Assembly (NCBI GenBank): GCA_013265495.1
Contig: MU057999.1
Span: 1-64,000 of the forward strand
Length of the DNA stretch: 64,000 nt
Reading direction: 5' to 3'
DNA from: Vicugna vicugna
Taxonomy: Eukaryota
The notes below the pieces were generated by a model that was not told the origin of the DNA, searched no databases, and was given only the letters and a program-made list of their open reading frames with translations. Each line of letters begins with the position of its first letter. Position 1 is the first letter of the stretch. The translations under genes were made by a program, and so were the position numbers. Below are positions 1 to 12,085 of the stretch, piece after piece.

Positions 1-560
1 ACAACAGCCAAGACATGGAAGCAACCTAAATGTCCACTGATAAATGGATAAATAAGATGTATGTATGTATGTATATGTGTGTGTGTGTGTGTATGTATGT
101 GAACATAACTCAACCATAAAAAATTACGAAATAATGCCATTTGCAGCAACATGGATGGTCCTAGAGATTATCATCCTAAGTAAATCAGACAGAAAGACAA
201 ATATGGTGTCATTATATGTGGAATCTAAAAAGATGATACAAATGAACTTATTTATGAAACAGAAATAGACTCACAGACATAGAAAACAAATTTATGGTTA
301 CCAAAGGGGAAAGCAGAGGGGTGAGAAGGGATAAACTAGGAGTTTGGGATTAACGTATACACACTACTGTATATAAAATAGATAAGTTAAGACCTACTGT
401 ATAGCACAGGGAACTGTATTCAATATCTTGTAGTAACCTATAGTGGAAAAGAATCTGAATAAAAGTATATATGTATAATTGAATCACTTTGCTGTACACC
501 TGAAACTAACACAGCATTGTAAATTAACTATATTTCAATTTTAAAAATAATTTTAAAAAT
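1..560 (+). mobile_element. LINE-1 3' end (ORF2 C-terminus plus 3' UTR, cetartiodactyl-type), cut by window edge
   Basis: L1 motifs gcaacctaaatgtcca, atgccatttgcagcaacatggatgg, gacctactgtatagcacagggaact and tttgctgtacacctgaaactaac. ORF 65..268 gives IMPFAATWMVLEIIILS. AT-rich tail; internal (TG)n at about 58-100. Confidence 0.93.
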
Positions 561-1752
561 TTGAGATTGGCATAGGATTATCAAAGCTCCTTTCTGAACT
601 CTTGGTCGCTGGCCAGTGAAACACAGCTACAGTGATAGACAAAGCCACCTCGAGCGGCGCCATGCTCACTCCAGGGAGGACATTCATCACAGCGTGTAGG
701 GAATCCCAACAGTGCTTCCCTCACCTGCGGGGGAAGGAGCTGCTGGACACTGTGCGTGTGACCACCACGCTCAGGGGGATGATCCACTCCAGACACGTCG
801 CCCTGAACACCAGTCTTGGGGAATGACTGCTTGTCGCAAACAGCTGGCTTTGACCTGGTCCACACAGGCATGTGCGCTTGGCTCTCAGGCCTCTGCCCCT
901 TCACATGCCCTGTACCTCTTAACCTCACATTTTGCATCTGGCAGCCAGAAAAGCTAGGCTCAGTGGGTAGGGCCATCTATTTCCTGTCCCTCCTAATTAG
1001 AAATAGCTTCCTTGAGATGGCAGATTGGAGGGTGTTCCAGAAACTTTAGAACCCTTATAGGCGAAAGATAGTGAAGGCTGAACTTGAAGAAGGATGAGAC
1101 CTGGTGAACGTGGCTTACTGTACAGCCCCAGGGTTCCCAGCATTCTCAGACCAGGGCAGTTCTGTGTCCTGGCCTTTGCTTCCTCTTTGGATTAGTCCCA
1201 CCACTGTCCTGGCCTTCAGGGCACCTTTTAGTCTGGAGATGACCAAGACGGAAGGGCGGTCTCAGGGATGCTCCAACCGGCATGAGGTGGTACGTGGCAG
1301 CGTAGTGTCATCTGAAAGGTGATTATGGTTCATCTGAACTTCTTGCCTTTAAATAGCTTCCTGGAAATCACCGGAAGGAAGACCGATCCAGTCTCCACAT
1401 CCATCCTTCCTAACCCTCAGCCATGGTGAGTGGAGAGCAGGGATGGTAGGAGTCTCACTTCTCCTGAGATTCCCTTTCCATCAGCCTTTAGGCAGAATGG
1501 AGATTATGGAAGAGAGTGTGGATGTAATCATATTAGTGTGTCCAGCCCTTCCCCCTTCCAAGTTGGTAGAGAGCCCAGGTGAACAGGAGGAAGAAGCAAA
1601 GGGCTTTGTCGTGAACACATCACCCAGACACGAGAGGGTCTTTGCAGAGCACGCACGTGAAGAAATCTAGCTTTCCCCTCCCCACCCCCCCATATGTGAC
1701 TGCACCACTTAGAAACAGTAGACAAGAGGCTTTGTGTTGAGAATCAGGACAG

Positions 1753-1758
1753 TTTATT
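1753..1758 (-). terminator. Distal polyadenylation signal AATAAA of RAB6B
   Basis: Minus strand reads TGTA (1793-1790), AATAAA, CA dinucleotides about 14-20 nt downstream, then U/GU-rich CTCTTGTCTACTGTTTCT. Confidence 0.7.
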
Positions 1759-4074
1759 GTTTGATCAACATGCTGAGTCTTCCACATTTTACACAGTTTT
1801 ATGTAAAGTCAATGTGGCCATTTAAGCCTGCTGAGCCAGGGAGAGATGGAAATACCACCCTCTGGGCTTCTCATGGCCAATCACTTTTATGGGGACAGGT
1901 GCGGGGAAAGGTGACACACACCACGTGATACAGGCTGGCCGTCAATGTATGGAGGCTTCCCAGCGGAAGGAAGCATCCAGACCCCATTGCAAGGATAAAC
2001 CACGCCCTGCCGGGAGTGTCAGCCGCACGGGGGTCTGGCGTCCAGGGAGTTTATACACTGAAAGCCCAAGGTTTTAGAACACTGAAGTAGTTCATTTCAA
2101 ACAACATATTCAAAGGATGCCCTGGTCTGACAATCAGAGTGGACTTGGGGACTGGCCCTTCTTTGCAATGGAGGAGCCTGAAATGTACATGGATTCTTTC
2201 CTGGCTCACTCAGATGCGCCGGACAGACTCTTACGTCTGGACCAGAGTAGGGATGGTCTGAGGAGCACGCGTGCCCAGCAGCGCTCTGGGTGCCAGTGTA
2301 CATCACGTTTGTACACACAGGTTGGTGATGGATGAAATATGGAAACACCTTTCTTCTGACCACCGGCTGCCTTGCTGGGTGATGATAAGGAAGTCACCCT
2401 TCTCCGTCTGGCATAGGAAGGGTTACGAGCCCCCCGCCTCACTCTGCTGTAGCCAGGTGACAATGCCTCACATTCCTGGGGAGAGGTAGTTAGGAAACCA
2501 GTGAACACACAACCTTGCTTGGTTGATGAACAGACACGCTTCTGCTCAGCTGCCCCTCATGGCTCAGACATGCCTCACAGCCCTCGGCTACCTATTCTCA
2601 CATCCTGACACCCTCACCTGCCTTCCACCATGTGAAGGAATGAGGCTGCTCTGCCTACAGGACACCGAAGCCAGCGGTGCCATTATTGTCACACCTGGTA
2701 CCTGAGGGCAGGGGCTCCCAGCACTGGCCGGCCCCTGGGAGGACAGAGATGTCGCACTCAAGACGTGTCTGCACCCTTAGCTACCACCATTTCTGTTTGT
2801 TGCCTGAGATACTTGAACCCATCTGGCCATTGCTCCTCGGACCTGGGACATTATCGTTTGAGGATGCTGACAGGAAGAGAGTGGCGACAGTGATGTCAGG
2901 GAGGCCAATGACCAAGTCACCACACTTGCTAACCTCGGACCACACAGCCGCAGTTCCAGCACTCAGGATGCTGGCGTCCCGCTTTCACTCCGGCGTGTGT
3001 GTGCATTCACAGATACATTTCCTGCTTTCCCCATCGTATGCATGATTTTTCAGATGCCCACACAACAGGAGCTTTCTTGACGACTTTTCTTTGAGATTCC
3101 TCAAAGAAAAAAGAGGGCTACAGAAGATGACTCTGCTCAACTTCCAGGTCAGGGCTGCTCTATGCGGAAGGGGACCAAACCACTGGTAAACTGAGATCAC
3201 TCCTAAAAGGCTTCCTGCCCTTTGCCTCTCGCTAGCCCACCTGGATACGGCAATGATGGGGTACTCTCACCAGGGATGCTGAGGACTTTCATGACATTTT
3301 CTACAAGGAAATGTGATCATTTCACTATTGAACCTAAACTCTGAGTCAAGATCCTACCTACAAGCAAGAGGACAGTGATGACACCAGCCTAAAACAGGAG
3401 CCAACGACCCAACGCCCTTCTATGCCAGAGCTCCAGCTGCCCCGACACACCCAGGAACGAGGGGTATAGATCAGGCCTGAGGAAACGGGGCCCAGGGAAC
3501 CAAGATGGGAGGATGGGAGAAGGCAACCCACCCTCACCTTCAGAGGGAGCGCCTGGGCTCAAAAGGGAGGATTTTGTGTACATGCTGGGAAAGAAGGGCT
3601 CCCGGAGGCCACATGGAGCCATGTGGTATCTACAGCGTCTCTTACAGTTCCTCAAGGCTGTGATGGAAAAAAACGTTCACGGTGCCTTGGATATGTGTGC
3701 ACCTGAGAAGGGGGCTGAGTTTCTACCTTTTTTACAAGGATGTTTTAAGAAAAAGCACTGTTTAGTACCAAGAAAATAAAATCCACCATCCATTCATTCA
3801 CTGAGACCGAATGAGATCCCTACACATGGGGCTCTCCCAGGGGCCACAAGCAATGGGCCTCACTGCCAGCCAAGCCGGGTGCTGTCACCTGGACCCCTGT
3901 GAATTCTCACAAGGTAAGTAAACGCTCTTCCAACAAGCACCACTTAGGGGTGTGCCATGGAGGGGGTACTGGCCCACGTGGGCACGCACACCTGTGCATA
4001 TAAATACATAGGGAAATGATGTGCATATTCCCGTGGGGCTATTTTTGCCTGTAGTTAACACGTCTATGCGTTAT

Positions 4075-4080
4075 TTTATT
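4075..4080 (-). terminator. Candidate proximal polyadenylation signal AATAAA
   Basis: AATAAA at the 3' end of an AU-rich block with several upstream TGTA motifs. Downstream GU element is weak. Confidence 0.45.
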
Positions 4081-6162
4081 GATGGCAAGACAATCACAAG
4101 TTTTGGGACAATATTAAGTATTTCTTATTTCAACACGTTGCAGTACTTTTGATTTCCAAAACGGTTATCACAATGCAAATTCCAACTTGAGAGCAGGAAA
4201 AACAAGAATATACATTGAGCACATGTATCTCTGTGAGAATGTGTGTGGCAGGTGTATACACAAGTCTATCTCTATACATAATTATGTACACACATATAAA
4301 AACTAAACACGTGACATTGGAATTACGGTCGTACATCGGTCTTTGCCTTCTGGAAGAGGAGCTCAGTGGAAACCCTGCTTCCTCTTTTCTTCTCCTGAAG
4401 ATAAATTCCTCTCTAAAGATCAGTTCTGACATACAGTCTCCTGGGCTGAGTGTGTGGCAGGCCCCCTGGCCAAATGTCAGTGAGCTCTGCCAGGTTCTGC
4501 TGCGCTAATTGGCTGCCATTTTGGATTAGTTTCTGAGAAGTTCCAAATGTGTTGCAGTAACTTATTGGAGCCCTGTTTTATGGAGGAATTTACCCCCTAC
4601 CACACCCCAGATGGTCTTTTAGCTCATCTGTGACAAGCCAAACAGCAGCCTGGAGAAGAGTCAGTGCTGGCTTGGAGGGCGGGGTTTACTGTTTTGGGCC
4701 AGAGTTGCTGCCCACTGCCTGGTTTCATGCAGGCTCAGGGTTGGTGAGGCTGGATCTATTTGGAATGCTGGCCAGGAGGGCTACATCACTTAGTGGAAGA
4801 GAAAGTTCTCTTCAGAAGTTTTACAGGTAGGTCTTCAGGACTAAGCCCTTCTCAGAAATGAATCAAAAATGGCAAGGAGGCTCTCCCTGGGCAGGCTGCT
4901 GGAGACCCTGCCTCCGCCCTACCCTCGGGCAACCAGAGTACCGGTACAATGTCTGCAAAGCTCTGTGCACACAGATTTCACCACACTGGGCCAATGTGGC
5001 GGAAACACGTCAAGAGGTCAACTTTTCCAGAACAGCACTCAACAGTGTCAACAACCAAGCATCAGTGAACATGCACCCTCCAGGCGGCAGCTCTGCAGAC
5101 AACCCTCCCTTCTCTAATCACAGGTGGACCAACACTGCGTGATGTAGGCTCCAGCCTCCCTGGCATCCAAGGAGGAGGGCTTCAGGGGGGCAGACGCCGA
5201 GTTTCCTTTTGCCCTTCCCTTAGCTTCAACCTAGACATGTGTGCTGACGGCTGGACGGGTTGGTTAAAACATTTTCAGAACTACACATGGTGCCCCAATT
5301 CTATAAACCACACATTGCCCCAGCCCACAGTGGTCAACAGCACCCCATCCGTCCCATGGCCTCTTCTTCTGCCAATCACTGGGCAGACCACAGAGCACAG
5401 ACGGCTGCCTGTGGCAAGTGCCCTCCACCCCTTCAAGGCTTTTCATGGAGAAGACAAAGAGGCAGAAGTAATTCCAGTGGGCCTGTGGCTGGACTCCCTG
5501 CAGTCCACAAGGCCTTAATTTCAGCTTGGGGCCGTGGCTGATGTCCCTACCCTGGCCACGAAAGGACAGGGGCAGAGCTGCCTCTTCAGAGGCTGTTTCG
5601 TTCAATCAGCGTTTGATTTAACCAGGTGGGGCCTGTTTGTGTTGGTCTGGGCCAGACAGCCCAGGACTGGAGCCGAATTAAATTGCCCAGATTAATTGTT
5701 TTAATCTATTGGGCTGGGGGCAGGAGGAGGGCAGAGGGGATGAACCCTTCAAAGAGGACAGGAAGGAGGAGGTGCGTGGAAAAGGTTCTCTGTAAGTTTA
5801 CAAATATACAAAAACAAAAAAAGCACATCTTTCAAATAAAAATGACTACATTTTTATCTGGCAAAAAGTTGTATACACATGATTTAAATTTTTTTTTAAT
5901 TTTAACAGTTTTTGGCAATCTTAATAAAGTACAATATATTACAACCAAACCAAAAAATAGTTGTTTAAGTAACGGCTGTTAAGAGTGACGTGACCCCTGA
6001 TGCCCAGCCTCCCGCCCCACCCCACCCGACTCCTAGAGACAGAGAGAAAAGAAAAATCCTCCCATCTGGATAAGCTCATTTCCCACCCCCCTTAGGAAGC
6101 TAACCAATAGGAAGCAACACAACAAGCGAGTAGTGTCAGAGGAAGCCGGCGGTCAGGCTGCA

Positions 6163-6227
6163 TTAGCAGGAGCAGCCGCCCTCGCTGGCCGGGGGCTCCT
6201 GGGGTTTGTCCAGCTTGATGTCGATCA
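6163..6227 (-). CDS. RAB6B: RAB6B coding exon 8 (MIDIKLDKPQEPPASEGGCSC-stop, 65 nt)
   Basis: Acceptor CTGCAG|, TAA at 6165-6163, C-terminal CXC geranylgeranylation motif. Exon sum 70+59+54+106+112+94+67+65 = 627 nt = 208 aa plus stop. Confidence 0.98.
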
Positions 6228-7827
6228 CTGCAGGGGGCGGGGCTAAGGAAGATGACGCTCCCGGAGGAGATCCCGCCCCCGCCCCTCGTACCCTCTTCTG
6301 CCCGGCTCAGCCCTTCCGTCCCTCCGCAGACACCCAGGGACTCGCTCTTCGCTTGGCCTGGGTGGGAAGGATGCGAGTCACGAGCTCCCAACCCTCCTGC
6401 TCTTCCTCACCCCTCCCACAAGCCCTCACCGCCATCCACCCGAAGCTAAGCTTGACCTGGGCTGTGGGATGACCGTCGAAACAGGGGCAGGCCAGATCCT
6501 TTCTCAGAAGCCTTCGCGGGGACCCACTGCTGCTGGAGCGCCGCCTCCCAGCCCCACCCCAGAGAGCACTGCAGGTGGAGAGCCCGCCGGCCGGGCATGG
6601 ATCTCACCTCGCAAGTCACGGGGCCACGGGGCCCTTGCCCGGGTGGCGTAGCCACCTCGACCCCTCAAGCTCCCAGGCAGAGCGTGTCACTTAGACCCCG
6701 CGGCGGCTGCTGCTGCTGCGAGAAGCCACCTCCCTCGGAAGGGCCTCAGCACAGCCCCCTCTCCAGCCCCTTCCGTCGGTGCCGTGAGGACTGTGGGCAG
6801 GCGAAGCACCCATAAGAACCCCAGAGGCCTGGGTGCTTAAATGCTCAGCCAGGCTGTTCCCGCTGCCCTCACCAGGCTGAAAACCCCGTCAGGCCAGGCC
6901 TGGTCACAGCTGAGGCCCAGGCCCTCAGCCCCGCACAGAATCGCCCCGTCCCCTGCCGGGCTCCGGGCTGCTGTGGGGCTCCACCCGGGCTGGGAGCAGT
7001 GGAGGGAGAGGCAGCCCTGCTCTGGGGCCCGTAGCTGGCATCCTAGGGAGGGATGGGGCCCCATGCAAGAATGATGGGGGAGCTTCTTTCAGGGTTAAAT
7101 ACTATAAAAAGCCATTCATCCTCAAAAGACCACCTTCCCTCCTTCCCAGTTTCTGCCCACTCAGCCACGGCATATACTCTGAGTATGACTTTGTCTCTGA
7201 CTTTTCCTTATTCTCCCTACACCCTAGTTCTCTTATGTGTGTGTATGCACATATAACGGGCATTTTTATCTTGTTTCGTGTGTATATGTAGGGTATATAT
7301 ACATAAACACATTTTAAAATAACATTCAGAGTATAAAGAAACTAGTAAACAGACAATAAACAACTACCTTCCTTCCCACTGGACAATTCAGACTACCTCT
7401 CTGAGCCTCTGTTTCTGCTTCTGTGTGTGGCCTGTGTGAGGTTTGGGGTGACTGTGAGTGGGGTGCAGACCCTGCCCCTGGAACAGCGGGGAGGCCCAGG
7501 GCTGTGCAGGGCTGGGCCGAGGAAGCAGGCAGGACAGGGAAGGAGGCACCTGTGAGGGGAGCTGTCTTGTGTAGAGGAGGTTGAACCACGTTGAAATCAT
7601 GTCTCAGTGCACAGAAGTGGAGAGTCTACTTGTGAAATACAAATCTATGTTCACCGGAAAGGGCAGAGTTACTATTTCTCACTCCCTGCCCTGCACCATC
7701 CCTCCACACACATCCCTCTGGCATCCCCACGCTGTTTTGGAAGTAGAAGCTTAGATAGTTCGAGCTGGATGGGGTCTCAATGCAGACCCAGGAGGCCAGC
7801 TTCATCCCTGTCAAAGGAAAAGGATAC
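6228..7827 (-). other. RAB6B: RAB6B intron 7: U12-type (minor spliceosome) GT-AG intron, 1600 nt
   Basis: 5' splice site GTATCCTTT (7827-7819) is the U12 consensus. Branch-site-like TTCCTTAGC at 6250-6242 lies close to the terminal CAG, with no U-rich polypyrimidine tract. Confidence 0.92.
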
Positions 7828-7894
7828 TCCCTTCTTTGCTTTTCTCCTGGACATTCTCCATTCCAGGCAGAGCAGAGGCCACACGTCGGAAGAG
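7828..7894 (-). CDS. RAB6B: RAB6B coding exon 7 (LFRRVASALPGMENVQEKSKEG-M, 67 nt)
   Basis: Acceptor CTCTCTCCAG|. Donor GGGA|GTATCCTTT is U12-type. Peptide visible in ORF 7811..8212. Confidence 0.97.
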
Positions 7895-9661
7895 CTGGAG
7901 AGAGGGGGAGACGCAGCGTGAGCCCCAGCCCCTCCCTCCCTGCTCCCGTGTCTCCACCCTCTCACCTCTTCTCCTCCTGACCTGGGGCTCTGCTCTCCTT
8001 CTGTCCCGCCCTGGACGGCGGGGGCTGCACCTGACCTCTCCCGCGCCCCAGCGCCTCTCACAGCGTTGGGCCACAGCAGGCCCCTTACCCAGGGAGGCTG
8101 GCCACGGGGTCACCAGGGGCTGAGCGTGGCTCATGGTGACAAGGGACCTACTCCAGTGCGGAAAATGATCTAGGCCCTGGGAGACGAGCTCTCGGGCGGG
8201 CTTCTGTCCCACTGCCCACGTGGGGACCAGGCGTGGGGAACAGACTTTCCATCTGCCCTTGAGACAATGACCCTCTTCTCTGGGAGCCTTGTGAGTCCAA
8301 GGGCGTCAAGGCAGCTGAGTGCTGGGAGACTGTTTGCTGGGAATAAGGACACAGGAGTGTGAATGTGATATTATGGCTTTGCTTGGGTTGTGGGTGTGAG
8401 TGTGATGTCTATGTTGTGTGTAGAGCAGTATATGTGGTATGGATGTGCACGTGTGGCATCTGTGTGTGTGTGTGTGAATCTGTGTAAGTGTGGGGGGATG
8501 TGAGTGTGTGCGGCGTATGTGCACAGGTGGGGTTCTGTGGCTGGCAGGTTTGGGGCTGGCAGACGTGGAATCTAGGGGGTGACAACAAGTACAAGGCAGA
8601 AGTACAAGGTACCAGAAGACTGTGAATGCTCTCCCGTCTCCCCACAAACACCAGCTGCAGGAACCTGGTGGGCTCTCTGAAGACAAGGTGAGTCTTGGGG
8701 GTCTCACCCCGGAGCCCAGCCCTGTGGGAGCACCCAGGCTGGGTGACAGGACCGAGGGCCAGAGTGGGGAAGACGGCGGCCTCGGCGTGGGATGGGGCCC
8801 CGTGGCTGGGCTGCAGCGGGTCTGGAGCAGGGCGGGCAGAAGTGGCAGAGAGTTCAGAGGGCCCAGTCCCTCCCCTGAGCCTTCCTCCATGGCCTCGCCC
8901 CAGGGAGCCCTGCTCTGCCTGTCTGGCTCTCACAATGGTCTCAGCCTTTGCCAGTGGTCAAGCTGCCAGTTAGATGGAAGCTCCTGGGGTACATGCAGGC
9001 CTCCGAGAGCAGATATGATCACATTCAGAGTCCAGGAATCTGCACTGCATTGAGACTCCTCTGAACCACACAGGGTTTGAACTGAACTGACCATATTCAA
9101 CCCCTGCTCAGACCATCACCTGGCTTCAGAGCATTCTGGAAAGCATCTCCCTGACGCTGACCCCTGGGACCACATCCTCTGCTTCCCTGCCCCCCATGCC
9201 TTTCCATCAGTGCTGCACAGAGTAGCAGCCCAGTGTCTTCTGCAGGCCTCCAGGGACAGGTAACTCCCCCTTCCAGGGGACCCCACGGCAGCCCCGGAGT
9301 TACATGGAAGGAGGCTGGGAAGGGGATGGGAGCCAATGTGAACACTGAAGGCTCTCCAAGTGGGGCAGAGGGCACTGAGTCCTGGGGGTTTGGGGCCTCC
9401 TTTTCTGTCCCTTCCCACTCCTCTGCCACCTCCCACTGGCACTAGCACTGGCACTGCCCAGGGGGGATGAACCCTCACTGTGTCTGGCCAGCTGCTTCAG
9501 TGGCAGCTTGTCTAGTGCTTCTGGGCACTGCTGGGGGCAGCAGGGCAGAAGTGACCCCGGCCAGGCCCCGACACGCCTCCAGCTGCTACTGTGCCCATGC
9601 TGGTCCCCTGGCCCAGACCACCCTCCCTCATTGCCTCTCCCAGTCCTCTTTTCCAGGAAGA

Positions 9662-9890
9662 CAGGGATTCCTCACCTTTTTTAACGAAAGACTCCTTTGG
9701 TGATCTGGTAAAGCCTATGGGCTCCTTTTAAGTGTGTGAAATAAATTACATAGGAATTTTGTATAAAGGAAACCATTTAGGATTGAAATAGACTTCTACA
9801 AATCTTTAAGACACAGACTTGTGACGCGGCAGCACCTCACAGACTCATGGACGTGTTAAGGAGCAAAAGCTGGCAGCGGGTCTGAACCCC
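9662..9890. mobile_element. hAT-Charlie-type MER relic
   Basis: cagggattcctcacctttt, cctttggtgatctggtaaagcctatgg, aaggaaaccat..ttgaaata. Confidence 0.55.
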
Positions 9891-10552
9891 TGAGATACTG
9901 AGGTAGGGATGTGTGTAAAGTTCCAGAAACCCACGACCCTGGAAGGTGACAAGAAAGCAGCTGTGACCACTGTTGCGATGATGCTGCTAACATCTGGAGT
10001 CGTGCTGCCCACGCTCACCGCTGCAGGAAACGCAGGAGACCTGATAGAGGCTAGTGAAGAGACAGGTGGGGTTTTTTCCCACCTAAGTCCACTGACCGGC
10101 CAAACCATCCACGGACTCCTTGGGGGTCTGTGGACCCAGGAGAAGCCCCCTGCTCCGAGGCTTAGCCCTGTCCCTCTACAGTTCCTCCGATGATTCTGAC
10201 TGCCCAGAGCTCCAAGGTATGTGGGTCGGCCCTTTCCTCCGAGCCTGCCTGACCCTCCCAGCTCAAGCACAAAGCCTGAAACCCCAAAATGCTGATTAGA
10301 TAGAATTTCCTGCAGCCCCATCCCAAGTTAGGAAAGAGGGAGGGACTGCTGCTTCTCTCAGCCGCCTGGAAGTTGGTGGCTGGACACACACAGCGGGCTC
10401 AGGGTCTGCCGGGCTGGTTGCCGTGTGTGGCTAATGCTGACATCTCCCGACACCCTGAGAGTGAGTGCTCCCTCCCTCCTGTGCTTTAGAGCTCTGGAGG
10501 CTCCCTCGTTCCCCATCGGGTGCCTTTATGGCTGCGCTGGTTAGCTGCCCTA

Positions 10553-10765
<213 letters not shown>

Positions 10766-11059
10766 TCATTTCAGTAGAGAAGTAGCTGCTGATGGAGGTG
10801 GAGGGAGCCTTAGATGAGGAGGGCCCTTCAGTGAGCCCTAAGCCCAGGGCTGGACCCCACAACTCCCTCAGGACACAGAGGGCACAGGGCACAGGCCATA
10901 GGCAGGACGCCAGCCCCTGTCCACTCCTTCGCTGTATCGTCCAGTTCAGGAGCAGGTCCTGAGGCAGAGGGGCTGCTGTCCCTTACCCACCTTTCCCAGT
11001 GTCACCACTGTCAGAGCCTATAGTGCCAGCCACACACCACCTCTCTGGGTGGTCGCATC

Positions 11060-11140
11060 TGCCCCATTTTCCAAATGAGAACACTGAGGTTAAAAGCAAT
11101 GGCCCCAAGGTCATGTCCTGCAAAGGAGCTGGGCTTTGAG
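11060..11140 (-). mobile_element. MIR fragment
   Basis: MIR core ccccattttccaaatgagaacactgaggtt..cccaaggtca. Confidence 0.6.
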
Positions 11141-11647
11141 GACATTTTCTTCACTTCAAGGACAGGATTCTAATAAAGCAGCCTCGAATTCAGATGATTC
11201 CCTAAACAGTCAGAAAGCCCTCTGTCCATGACCTGTTGCTTTATCTGACCCATGAGATGAGCGGACAAGTGCAGGGAAGGGCAGGGTGGGGAGCCCAGTG
11301 CCTGGAGGGCAGCACGGAGCAGCCTCTTCAGGGAAAGTGTCACATGACACAGCAACAGCCCGGGAAACTGTGTTCACGCCTGGGGACCAGGACCTCACAC
11401 CCCCACCAGCACAGGCGTTTCATAGGGGCAGGGCAGGTGGGAGCCCAGAGGTGTGCCCAGCCCTTGCCAACCTGGAAGGTGGGGCTTCAGAGATGAACAC
11501 CTGTGGGCAGGCGTCTACTGGTGACTTCAAAGTCTCTGGTGCCCCAGAGGTCCTTTCCAGATGCGCGAGGACAGGTTAGACAGCGTCCTCACCACGCATG
11601 CGTCCCAGAACTCCCCGTCCAGGAAGAGCTGCAGCCCCCAGCACCTA

Positions 11648-12085
<438 letters not shown>

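Larger units (their letters stand above)
1735..6162 (-). other. RAB6B: RAB6B long 3' UTR (about 4.4 kb, to the distal poly(A) site)
   Basis: Follows the stop codon, has no obvious interspersed repeats, contains AU-rich blocks at about 4060-4330 and 5790-5990, and ends at a canonical poly(A) signal. Extent is inferred. Confidence 0.7.

Noticed and set aside
560..1730. Exons of the neighbouring gene (SRPRB, expected from recalled mammalian synteny)
   Set aside because: No frame gave recognisable SRPRB or transferrin-family peptide; the neighbour probably lies outside the window.
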